DNA of 32,000 bases from Methanosphaera stadtmanae DSM 3091 (lineage in GTDB: Archaea > Methanobacteriota > Methanobacteria > Methanobacteriales > Methanobacteriaceae). The notes beneath the pieces were generated by a model, which was given only the letters and a program-made list of their open reading frames with translations, made no database searches and was not told the DNA's origin. Shown here piece by piece: positions 17,602-26,233 of the stretch. The stretch spans positions 630,001 to 662,000 of the forward strand of contig NC_007681.1 of the NCBI RefSeq assembly GCF_000012545.1, in the 5' to 3' direction. Every line of letters starts with the position of its first letter. The stretch's first letter is position 1. The translations under genes and the position numbers were made by a program.

Positions 17602-18090
17602 ATGTCTGTTTTAGTTACATATTCATCAAATAATAAGATAAAAATTGTTTCGGAATTTATTGCAAATAGGATAGATGCAGATTCTATTGAAATTAAAGAT
17701 TTAAAAAGAAAAAATGGTTTTTTTAACAATATACGTAATAATTATAATGCAATATGTTTAAATAAAACAGAAATCAGTCCAGAAGTAATAGATTTTACTA
17801 ATTATAATCTAATACTACTGGGTACTCCTTCAACTTGTGGAAATCCATCACCTGCCATATTAACATTAATAGATAATTGTAACTTTAAAAATAAGGATGT
17901 GATTATCTACACTACTACAAATTCAAAACAAGGAACAGGTGTTTTAAATGAACTTAAAAAACGAGTTGAAATAAGGGGTGGAAGAATAATAAATTCATTT
18001 ATTGTTAGAGTAAATGATAAATCCAATGATGAATTAATTAGAAATACATTAAAAGTATTATATGAATTGGATTTAGAGATTTATATCTAA
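17602..18090 (+). CDS. Divergent flavodoxin-fold paralogue 4 (cofactor-loop motifs degenerate)
   Basis: Same length and architecture as the other three, but the loop reads VTYSSNNKIKIV and the PVW motif is replaced by LLGTPSTCGNPSPAI. Confidence 0.6.
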   Translation: MSVLVTYSSNNKIKIVSEFIANRIDADSIEIKDLKRKNGFFNNIRNNYNAICLNKTEISPEVIDFTNYNLILLGTPSTCGNPSPAILTLIDNCNFKNKDVIIYTTTNSKQGTGVLNELKKRVEIRGGRIINSFIVRVNDKSNDELIRNTLKVLYELDLEIYI

Positions 18091-18103
18091 AACATTTTAT
18101 ATA

Positions 18104-19534
18104 TTATTCTTTTAATTTATTTAATGTTACATTCCACACATCATGTTCTTCACCACACCCTGATACAACAACATATTTATATTCACTTTCATTTATTGAA
18201 TCAATAATACCAGAAGCTCTTTTTTCAAAGTCATATTCAATAGATTTAAATGATGCATTTAAATTATTATCTTTTATTTGAGTGTAATATGTCTTAGCAA
18301 CATCTACAGATACACGTCCTGGTATGACTGTTATATGTGTTGGATTGATTTTTTTTAGAATATTTAGATGATCTTCAAATATCTCTTCTTCATTTAAATC
18401 AGGAGTACAGTAGATAAATTCATAATCATTTCCTTGAATAAAATGATTCATATAATCATAGTTAACTTTAAGGGCATCTCCATTATCTCCTTGTCCAATA
18501 CCAACTAATTTATCAGCATATTCTAAAACTTCAAAACGTCCTGGTGGTAATATTGATAAATCAATATTATTAAAGTAATTTTTTAGTTTTTCTTCAATAT
18601 TTTCAGGTTTTGGTGTAAAACAGGCATAAGTTGATGTTGCAGCAAGTACATTATACACATTATGAACCCCAAATAGTGGAAGTTCTAAATCTAGAGTAAA
18701 TGAGATATTTTCATCTACAAAATAATTATATACATTAGCATCTATTGTTATGATATTTTTATTATTTTCAATGGAATATTTTGTTATTTTAACATCAGGT
18801 TCACATCTTTTAAATCCACAACTACAGGAATATACTCCCCTTTGATTCATGTATTTATGTGAATATGTAAGTGGTTTATTACATTTTGGACACATCACAC
18901 TAACATCAGTGTCATCTTCAATATTATCTACATTAAATCCATAGTAAACTACATGACCATCGTTTTGTTTTTCCTGACCAATATTACATATTATAGGATC
19001 ATCTGCATTAGCAACAACTATTCCATCTTTCATATTCTTGGATAGTAATGTTTTTGCTTTAACATAATCCTCAAATGAATTTTTAACACCAAGTACTTGT
19101 GTATGTTCACGTGATACATTTGTATACACAACAACTTTTGGTTTAATATTTTTTTCAACTACATCAGGTATTCCATGTTTCAAATCCCTAATTCCATATT
19201 CAAAAATACCAATATCTGATTTTTTTGCAAGAAGTGCTGTTGTTAGAGCATATATTGTGTTATTATCTACACTTTTAGATATATTAACATCATTTGACAT
19301 TAAATCAATGATCATGGTGGTTGTGGTTGTTTTTCTATTTGTTCCTGTGATTAATATAGAGCCATCTTTTATTTGTTCCTTAGCTAAATTACCTAATGAA
19401 TCAAGTCCTGCATACCTTAGAAATAAGTATCCAGGATAACTTTTTCCACCAGTTGGTAATATTTTTAATAAATTATATGATAAATAACCCACAGTTTTCA
19501 TTAAACTGTATTTTAATCCCTTTTTCATAAACAT
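18104..19534 (-). CDS. Mur ligase family protein, MurT-like (pseudomurein-type peptide ligase/amidotransferase subunit homologue)
   Basis: P-loop ILITGTNRKTTTTTMI and the central-domain Cys4 ribbon CPKCNKPLTYSHKYMNQRGVYSCSCGFKRCEPD, as in MurT. 476 aa. Confidence 0.7.
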   Translation of the reverse strand: MFMKKGLKYSLMKTVGYLSYNLLKILPTGGKSYPGYLFLRYAGLDSLGNLAKEQIKDGSILITGTNRKTTTTTMIIDLMSNDVNISKSVDNNTIYALTTALLAKKSDIGIFEYGIRDLKHGIPDVVEKNIKPKVVVYTNVSREHTQVLGVKNSFEDYVKAKTLLSKNMKDGIVVANADDPIICNIGQEKQNDGHVVYYGFNVDNIEDDTDVSVMCPKCNKPLTYSHKYMNQRGVYSCSCGFKRCEPDVKITKYSIENNKNIITIDANVYNYFVDENISFTLDLELPLFGVHNVYNVLAATSTYACFTPKPENIEEKLKNYFNNIDLSILPPGRFEVLEYADKLVGIGQGDNGDALKVNYDYMNHFIQGNDYEFIYCTPDLNEEEIFEDHLNILKKINPTHITVIPGRVSVDVAKTYYTQIKDNNLNASFKSIEYDFEKRASGIIDSINESEYKYVVVSGCGEEHDVWNVTLNKLKE

Positions 19535-19572
19535 TATCTCTTTTTTTTCTATAAAAAAACTTTTTCAGATGA

Positions 19573-19601
19573 ATATAACTAAAGATACTTTTTAGTTATA
19601 T
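19573..19601. promoter_or_regulatory. Perfect 11-bp inverted repeat (7-nt spacer) in the divergent murT-like/secF intergenic region
   Basis: ATATAACTAAA (19573-19583) and TTTAGTTATAT (19591-19601) are exact reverse complements. They lie 39-67 nt upstream of the minus-strand start codon at 19534. Confidence 0.3.
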
Positions 19602-19951
19602 TTTTATTCTTAAAAAAACTAATAAGAATAGTATTTTTTTATATCTAATATAACTTGGTTGGAAATTATATTTAAAGAATATGGTAATGAGTAATAAAGT
19701 AACTTATCTAAATAGGTATTGATTGTTTTTTAACAAGTTTAATAACTTGGATATTTATAGTAATAATTAGTTAATAGCATATTAAAAAAATCTTTAATAA
19801 AAATATATTTAATTTTATATAGTTTTAGAAATATAACTTAGTATATAATAAATATCAGAAATTAGATATTTTATTTAATATTTTATTAAAAATAAACTTT
19901 TAATAAATATGGAGGCATTATAATTAAAATCACAGATAGGAGAGTTGTGAT

Positions 19952-20803
19952 ATGGTAGAAATAATTAAATATATCACACGTCAATCTCATAAACCTCTGA
20001 TTTTAATTCCAGTGATATTAATGATTCTATCTCTTTTATATATAAGCGTCTTCGGATTAAATGAAGGTGTAGATTTAAAAGGAGGAACATTAGTTACAGT
20101 TGAACTTAATCAGCCAATGACTCAATCACAAGTTACTCAACTTGTTAAAGATAAACTTGGTATTAATGATGTAAAAACATCTATGTCTGATAATACAGCT
20201 ACAATAACAATATCTGGTAGTGTAGATCAGAGCCAATTTAATGAACTATTTAGTAGTGAATTTAAAGTTCTGAGCTTTAGAAGTGTAGGAGCTCTACTTA
20301 GTGATGCAGCTCTAGGACAGATATACTATGCATTATTATTTGCATTTGTATTCATGTCAGTAACTGTATTCTTTGTATTTAGAGATTTAACACCTTCACT
20401 TGCTATTATATTATCAGCAGTTTGTAACTTATCCATAGCTGTTGGTAGTATGTCCTTGTTTGGAATACCATTATCAATTGCTAGTGTAGGTGCATTATTA
20501 ATGCTTATAGGGTATGGTGTAGATACAGATATTCTACTAACTACACGTCTATTAAAACGTAGACATGGAAGTTTAGATGATCGTGCTGAAGATGCTTGTA
20601 GAACAGGTTTAACATTAACATTTGCAACATTAGCAGCTATGATTGTATTATTTATTGTAGTAAAAGTATTTATACCAACAGCTCAAGTATTAGAAGATAT
20701 ATCTGCTGTACTTATCATTGGATTACTATCAGACTTATTATCCACATGGCTTATGAACCTAGGAATACTTAAATGGCATATAGAAAGGGGTGGTCACGAT
20801 TAA
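19952..20803 (+). CDS. secF: Protein-export membrane protein SecF
   Basis: 283 aa. N-terminal [20 protein letters not shown], a periplasmic-type loop, then six hydrophobic segments including [25 protein letters not shown]. Confidence 0.88.
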   Translation: MVEIIKYITRQSHKPLILIPVILMILSLLYISVFGLNEGVDLKGGTLVTVELNQPMTQSQVTQLVKDKLGINDVKTSMSDNTATITISGSVDQSQFNELFSSEFKVLSFRSVGALLSDAALGQIYYALLFAFVFMSVTVFFVFRDLTPSLAIILSAVCNLSIAVGSMSLFGIPLSIASVGALLMLIGYGVDTDILLTTRLLKRRHGSLDDRAEDACRTGLTLTFATLAAMIVLFIVVKVFIPTAQVLEDISAVLIIGLLSDLLSTWLMNLGILKWHIERGGHD

Positions 20804-22121
20804 TCAATCCACCAAACAATTCCTAAAAAAACCAAGAACATTATTACTGATAATATTACTTATTGCAAGTGTTGTTTCAGTAGCAGTCTTTGGTCTTCAA
20901 GAAGGTCTTGACCTTGCAGGAGGTTCAATGATACAATTACATCTTGAAAAACCTGTTGATCAAGATACAATGTCTACAGTAACAGCAATATTAGATAAAA
21001 GGTTAAATGCATTTGGTATAAGTGATGTACAAGTAAGACAAAGTGGAGATCAGGATGTTATCGTTGAAATAGCGGGTGTGCAGCCTGATGAAGTTAAACA
21101 TATTATAAGTACACCTGGTAAATTTGAAGCAAAAATAAACAATAAAACAGCTCTAACAGGTGCAGATATATCCACAGTATCAGCAGCAGAAGTAACAGGA
21201 ACAAGATGGAAAGTACCATTTAGTGTTTCAACAGAAGCAGCAAATAAATTTGCAAATGTAGCAAAAGGTCAAGCTGGAGCTACAGTAGATATGTATCTTG
21301 ATGATAAACTAATATCATCACCACAATTAGATGCAGGTTTAGCAAATGGTGTGGGTTCTACTGATATAGAAGTTTCAGGTGGAGAACAATCTAAACAAAA
21401 AGCACAAGAACAAGCAACAGAAATACACACAGTTCTAGAATCAGGAGCATTACCTGTAAAACTAGCAATTAGTGGAGTAAATAGTGTATCTGCAGAGTTA
21501 GGTTCACAATTTGAAACAGGTTCTCTTGTTGCAGGATTACTTGCACTACTGGCTATTGTAGCAGTAGTATCATTTAAATATAAATCTCCATCATTGGTAG
21601 TTCCTATTGTAATAACTAGTTTATCAGAATTAATTATTATTCTAGGATTTGCTTCAATAACACATTGGAACTTAGATTTAGCAGCTATTGCTGGTATAAT
21701 TGCATCTATTGGTACAGGTGTAGACGACCAAATTGTAATGACAGATGAAGTACTTGCAAGACGTGATAAAAGTGAAAGAAAAAACATAGTTAAATCACGT
21801 ATTAAAAATGCATTCTTCATTGTATATGCATCAGCAGGTACATTAATAGCAGCAATGTTACCTTTAGCTTATATAGGATTTGCAAGAGGAGCAACAGGTA
21901 TTGGTATGCTTACAGGTTTTGCAGTAACAACTGTTGTTGGTGTAATAGTAGGTATATTTATAACAAGACCTGTGTTTGCAGATTATATGGAAACATTCCT
22001 TATTAAAAGTCCTAAAGATCAAATAAATATTACCTCATCTGGTAAAAGTAAAAAAACTAAAAGAAATAAGAAAAAAGGTAGAAAAACCATTGCAAGAGAA
22101 GAAGCTGAAAAAAATAGATAA
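20790..22121 (+). CDS. secD: Protein-export membrane protein SecD
   Basis: 443 aa. [41 protein letters not shown] and the C-terminal RND-like bundle with [16 protein letters not shown] start overlaps secF by 14 nt; the exact start is uncertain. Lys/Arg-rich C-terminal tail. Confidence 0.85.
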   Translation: MVTINQSTKQFLKKPRTLLLIILLIASVVSVAVFGLQEGLDLAGGSMIQLHLEKPVDQDTMSTVTAILDKRLNAFGISDVQVRQSGDQDVIVEIAGVQPDEVKHIISTPGKFEAKINNKTALTGADISTVSAAEVTGTRWKVPFSVSTEAANKFANVAKGQAGATVDMYLDDKLISSPQLDAGLANGVGSTDIEVSGGEQSKQKAQEQATEIHTVLESGALPVKLAISGVNSVSAELGSQFETGSLVAGLLALLAIVAVVSFKYKSPSLVVPIVITSLSELIIILGFASITHWNLDLAAIAGIIASIGTGVDDQIVMTDEVLARRDKSERKNIVKSRIKNAFFIVYASAGTLIAAMLPLAYIGFARGATGIGMLTGFAVTTVVGVIVGIFITRPVFADYMETFLIKSPKDQINITSSGKSKKTKRNKKKGRKTIAREEAEKNR

Positions 22122-22250
22122 GAATATTCTTCTCTATAATTCTTATTTTTTCAAATATTTACATTCTATTTTTTCTAATTAATATTAAACAATAAATTTT
22201 TCCACATATATACTAAACTTCTAAATATTAGAAAGTACTTATCTTATTAT

Positions 22251-22991
22251 ATGTTAAATAAAGATCATCCTAGATATCAATCATTAGTATATAGAGAAAA
22301 AATTGTAGAAGCACATGAAAATGGAATCCTTGCAGATTCTGGTATGATAGCTCATGGACGTGGAGAGACATTTGATTATTTAATTGGTGAAAAAACAACT
22401 CCCAACTCACAAAATACTATTGATGTAGCAGCATGCTATTTTTTAACAAGAAAACATCCAGTTTTAAGTGTAAATGGTAATACTACAGCTTTAGTAAGTG
22501 AAGATATAGCTAAATTATCAGAATTATTGGATATTCCAGTAGAAATTAATTTATATTACAGAACACCTGAACGAATAGAAAATATAGAAAGAGTATATAA
22601 GGATTTGGGTGTGAAAGAAATTTTAGGTACTGATGAAGATGATTTTATAGACACTCCTAATCTTAATGGTCCAAGATCACCTGTGAGTATTGAAGGTATT
22701 AAAAAATCAGATTTAGTTTTTATTCCATTAGAAGATGGAGATAGAGCAGAAAAACTATATGATTTAGGTAAAGACATAATAAGTGTTGATTTAAATCCAT
22801 TATCTAGAACAGCACAAACATCAACAGTAACAATAGTAGATAATATTGTAAGAGTAATACCGGCATTAATTGAATCTGTAAAAAAATATGAAAACTATGA
22901 TAAAACTGACATCCAAGAAAAAATAGATCTATTTAATAATAAAACTAATTTAAATATAGCAATAAAGGATATTATAAAAAGATTTGAATAA
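22251..22991 (+). CDS. 4-phosphopantoate--beta-alanine ligase (archaeal phosphopantothenate synthetase, DUF137/COG1701)
   Basis: DHPRYQSLVYREKIVEAHENGILADSGMIAHGRGETFDYLIGEKT closely matches the conserved N-terminus of archaeal PPS. The length (246 aa) fits. Confidence 0.8.
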   Translation: MLNKDHPRYQSLVYREKIVEAHENGILADSGMIAHGRGETFDYLIGEKTTPNSQNTIDVAACYFLTRKHPVLSVNGNTTALVSEDIAKLSELLDIPVEINLYYRTPERIENIERVYKDLGVKEILGTDEDDFIDTPNLNGPRSPVSIEGIKKSDLVFIPLEDGDRAEKLYDLGKDIISVDLNPLSRTAQTSTVTIVDNIVRVIPALIESVKKYENYDKTDIQEKIDLFNNKTNLNIAIKDIIKRFE

Positions 22992-23011
22992 AACAAGAAG
23001 GAGTAGTAATA

Positions 23012-23770
23012 TTGAAAGTTTTTGGAGTAACAGGTCTTCCAGGTTCTGGTAAAAGTATTATTTCACGTATAGCTAAAAAAGAGGGAATTTACACAATAAG
23101 TATGGGGGATGTTATACGTGAAGAAGCAGAAAGAAATAGATGTTCAACAGGAGTTGCTGCAGTAAATCTTAGAAAAAAATATGGAAATAATGTAGTTGCA
23201 GATCGTTGTGTTCAGAAAATAAAAAACTATTCAAAAAATAGATATAATCAGAAAACAACAGTAAAAAAAATGTACAATACCCATACAAACAATCAAACAC
23301 CGAAGAAATATAGAAAAATAGAACAGGATATCTACATAATCGAGGGATTAAGAAGTCCACAGGAAGTTTCATATTTTAAAAAACATTTTAAAAACTTCAA
23401 AATAATAGCTATTCATTCTAATCCACAATCAAGATTTAATAGACTCAAAAGAAGAAAAAGAAACGATGATTCAACGGATTATAAAGTATTTAAAGAAAGA
23501 GATAATAGGGAATTAAAATTTGGTATTGGTAATGTTATTTCCCTTGCTGATTATATGCTTATAAATGAAGGTCCAATTCAAATCTTTAAAAAAAATGTGA
23601 GAGCTCTGATTTTAAATGAACTTAAACCAAGAAATAATAAAAAATACATCAGTAAAAATAAAAACAAAAATAAATCTAACAGAAGATATAAACAAGGTAA
23701 AAAACAGTATAAAAAACATAATCCCCGAAAAAATAACAATAAACACCACAGACAAGGAAATACTCATTGA
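23012..23770 (+). CDS. UPF0200-family P-loop nucleotide kinase (dephospho-CoA-kinase-like) with a low-complexity insert and C-terminal extension
   Basis: MKVFGVTGLPGSGKSIISRIAKKEGI..SMGDVIREE Walker A region, then IIEGLRSPQEV, RLKRRKRNDD and ISLADYMLINEG. TTG start after AAGGAG. The family-typical end is near ...VRALILNEL, yet the ORF continues for about 50 K/N/R-rich aa. Confidence 0.75.
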   Translation: MKVFGVTGLPGSGKSIISRIAKKEGIYTISMGDVIREEAERNRCSTGVAAVNLRKKYGNNVVADRCVQKIKNYSKNRYNQKTTVKKMYNTHTNNQTPKKYRKIEQDIYIIEGLRSPQEVSYFKKHFKNFKIIAIHSNPQSRFNRLKRRKRNDDSTDYKVFKERDNRELKFGIGNVISLADYMLINEGPIQIFKKNVRALILNELKPRNNKKYISKNKNKNKSNRRYKQGKKQYKKHNPRKNNNKHHRQGNTH

Positions 23771-24014
23771 AAGTGATGTTACTTTGTTGGATAATATACA
23801 TAAACTTGTTAAAACAAATAAATTAGAAGAAGTGACTGTTAATATATTAAATAAAAATAAAACAGAAGGTAGGTTACTGTTTTATGTTAATAAACAAGCT
23901 GCTTTTCATAATAAATTTCATATTATAGATGAAAACATGTCTCCATTAGATGATATTGAGGTATTAATAGAAACTAGTAATCCAGATAGTATAATAAAAT
24001 GGATTACATCTTAA
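23616..24014 (+). CDS. UPF0201-family small protein (COG1931, predicted RNA-binding)
   Basis: SVKIKTKINLTEDINKVKNSIKNIIPE matches the conserved N-terminal strand-helix of UPF0201. This family typically sits next to UPF0200 in Methanobacteriales. The ATG at 23616 is directly preceded by an in-frame TAA. Confidence 0.7.
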   Translation: MNLNQEIIKNTSVKIKTKINLTEDINKVKNSIKNIIPEKITINTTDKEILIESDVTLLDNIHKLVKTNKLEEVTVNILNKNKTEGRLLFYVNKQAAFHNKFHIIDENMSPLDDIEVLIETSNPDSIIKWITS

Positions 24015-24036
24015 ACTCTTTTTTTTAGATAATTAT
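24015..24036. terminator. Shared oligo-T/A spacer between convergent genes
   Basis: 22-nt gap between the UPF0201 stop (24014) and the dph6 stop (24037), containing T8 at 24019-24026. Confidence 0.35.
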
Positions 24037-24732
24037 TTAAATACTATAATCATATTTTTCTTCAAGATGTGCTTTTTTAATGTTATATATTCCATTATCA
24101 ACATTCCAAAGAATTTCAGCATCATCAATTACTATACGTCTATCATATATTGGAGCATCAAGAACGAGTGTTTCAGCTTCACCACCTTCAAAAGCTGGAT
24201 GAACATGATATTTTTCATTTAATTTCTCAAGTTTATTTATTGTTTCTTTTGTTATTCTTTGTCCTAACCATTTTTCATCCAGTCCATATGCAGCAACACC
24301 TGTTATTATAATTTCAAAACCTAAATCTACTAGTTGATTCATATAGTCAATTGGATTAATATGCCAAAGTGGAGATATTGCCTTTAAATCTAGTTTTTCA
24401 CAGATAGCTTCTATTCTGGATTTTTGATACACTGATTCTAGTGCTCCAGTATATACAGCTTCAACACCCTTTTGTTTAACTCTTCTTAAAACACCTTCAA
24501 GGTCATCTAGTTCTTTTTCCTTTATACCATCAGTGGATATGTCAATGGATGGAATTTCCATGGCTGCAGAACAGTAGTCAACCATGTGAATATCAGGAAC
24601 ATGAAACATGTATGATTCCTTGTTACGTGATACCATTGTAATCAATGCATAAATATCATCACCATTTTCCAGTGCATGATATAGGGCCATTGTACTGTCT
24701 TTTCCTCCAGAATATAAAATAACTGACTTCAT
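24037..24732 (-). CDS. dph6: Diphthine--ammonia ligase-type PP-loop ATPase (MJ0570/DUF71 family)
   Basis: VILYSGGKDSTMALYHAL PP-loop and FEGGEAETLVLDAP. 231 aa, the single-domain archaeal form. GAGGT RBS. Confidence 0.8.
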   Translation of the reverse strand: MKSVILYSGGKDSTMALYHALENGDDIYALITMVSRNKESYMFHVPDIHMVDYCSAAMEIPSIDISTDGIKEKELDDLEGVLRRVKQKGVEAVYTGALESVYQKSRIEAICEKLDLKAISPLWHINPIDYMNQLVDLGFEIIITGVAAYGLDEKWLGQRITKETINKLEKLNEKYHVHPAFEGGEAETLVLDAPIYDRRIVIDDAEILWNVDNGIYNIKKAHLEEKYDYSI

Positions 24733-24894
24733 ATATTAACCTCTAAAATTTAATATTATCTATTATATACATTTAAAACAAAATAAGTAATTAATCTTTC
24801 TATAAAAAAAAGGTTTTTTTTTAGATTCATGATTTTAGTATTTTTTTAAAAAAAAGTTTGGAATAAAATGTAAAGAAAGTGGATTTAATAGTTT

Positions 24895-26001
24895 TTAATC
24901 CTTTCTTTTTGGTCTAAATCTAGGAGTTCCATTTGTATTAGAACCTTTTTTAGGCACATCTTTCTTATTATTTTTATTTATTCCACTAAAAATTCCAGAT
25001 ACTTTTTTCTTTCTATTTGAATCTGAGTTATTTTTTGATTTTAAGTCTGATTCTGTTAATTGTTTGAAATTTTTATTTGATCCAATTGTTTGTTTTGAAC
25101 TTTTATCAAATGAATCATTAAAAATATCTATTGAATCTCTTTTCGATGATTTTTTATTAGTTCTTGGAACTGTTTTTCTCTTAATTTTATCTCTAGGTGA
25201 AGTTTTTCTAGATTTCTTTTTAGTTTTAGAAGTAAACGTAAATATACTGTCTATAAAGAATCCTACAGTAGCAACAACCACACCAAGAATACCTGAGATT
25301 AATATTACATTTGTCTTATCTGGAACATATTTATTAATAGTTGCAATTTGATCCTCTGTTGGACCAGTTACATTTAATATTACAGCACCACTATTTCCTA
25401 CTGCTGACATTATCTTCGTAATATTATTTGCTGCAACTGTTGCATTTGCTTTCATTGATGTGTATCTAAGGTGAATATATGTGTTTGAACTGAATGTTTG
25501 ATAAATACTTGTAAGTACACTTTGAGGGTCTCCACCATCAGTTATTCTTACAAAGAATTCTTTTTCACCTCTATCTTCAACATTACTTATGTTTTCATTA
25601 CTATTATTTAAGTTATTGATAAAACGTGCCCTATCATTATCAGTAGCGAAGTTTTCATTGATTTTTATAGTAATTCCTTCATAACTAACATTCTGAACTC
25701 CAGTTATTGAAGATATATTTTCTATAATTTGTGTTAGATTTCCATTTGTTGATAGATCTAGTTCCATTAAATCTGTTCCTTCAACACTTTCTTCCACTAT
25801 TGTACGGGTAAAATCAGGAATATCATCTACTATTGGTGATAGTAGGAATGCTCCCCCAACTAGTCCCACTACAAGACCTAACATTAGTACAGAAATAAAA
25901 TTCTTTTTACCAATGTATGGTGTTAAAAGTGCCGTGGAAAATATAAATATCATGGCTAGAATAAACAATATCAACATTATTATTATTGTTAATACATCCA
26001 T
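24895..26001 (-). CDS. Hypothetical membrane protein (2 N-terminal TM, ~170-aa extracytoplasmic domain, 1 TM, long K/S/N-rich cytoplasmic tail)
   Basis: Hydrophobic segments are LTIIIMLILFILAMIFIF, VLMLGLVVGLVGGAFLL and VILISGILGVVVATVGFFI. The last ~100 aa are a basic low-complexity tail. I recognise no family. Confidence 0.55.
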   Translation of the reverse strand: MDVLTIIIMLILFILAMIFIFSTALLTPYIGKKNFISVLMLGLVVGLVGGAFLLSPIVDDIPDFTRTIVEESVEGTDLMELDLSTNGNLTQIIENISSITGVQNVSYEGITIKINENFATDNDRARFINNLNNSNENISNVEDRGEKEFFVRITDGGDPQSVLTSIYQTFSSNTYIHLRYTSMKANATVAANNITKIMSAVGNSGAVILNVTGPTEDQIATINKYVPDKTNVILISGILGVVVATVGFFIDSIFTFTSKTKKKSRKTSPRDKIKRKTVPRTNKKSSKRDSIDIFNDSFDKSSKQTIGSNKNFKQLTESDLKSKNNSDSNRKKKVSGIFSGINKNNKKDVPKKGSNTNGTPRFRPKRKD

Positions 26002-26233
26002 GTTTTAATCCACTCTCTCAAAAAAAAGAATAAAATGATTCTTTCTCCATATTTTTTAATTATTCAATTAAGATTTTTATATATTAACTTATTAGTATTT
26101 TATTATTTTTTTCTTTAATAAAATTCATTATATAATATAAGTAAATATAATATTATATATACAGAAAATGTATAAAAAAATAGATTAATTTAATTATAAA
26201 GAATATAAAACCCAATAAAAACGAGGTTATACT

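Noticed and set aside
20790-20803. The 14-nt secF/secD overlap as a frameshift or fusion signal
   Set aside because: Short overlaps with a GTG/ATG restart are common in archaeal operons. Both proteins have complete, family-typical N- and C-termini. Only the exact secD start codon is uncertain.
22219-22233. Inverted repeat TTCTAA-ATA-TTAGAA upstream of the phosphopantothenate synthetase gene
   Set aside because: It has only 6-bp AT-rich arms. Such short palindromes are expected frequently by chance at this base composition, so it is not reported as a regulatory site.
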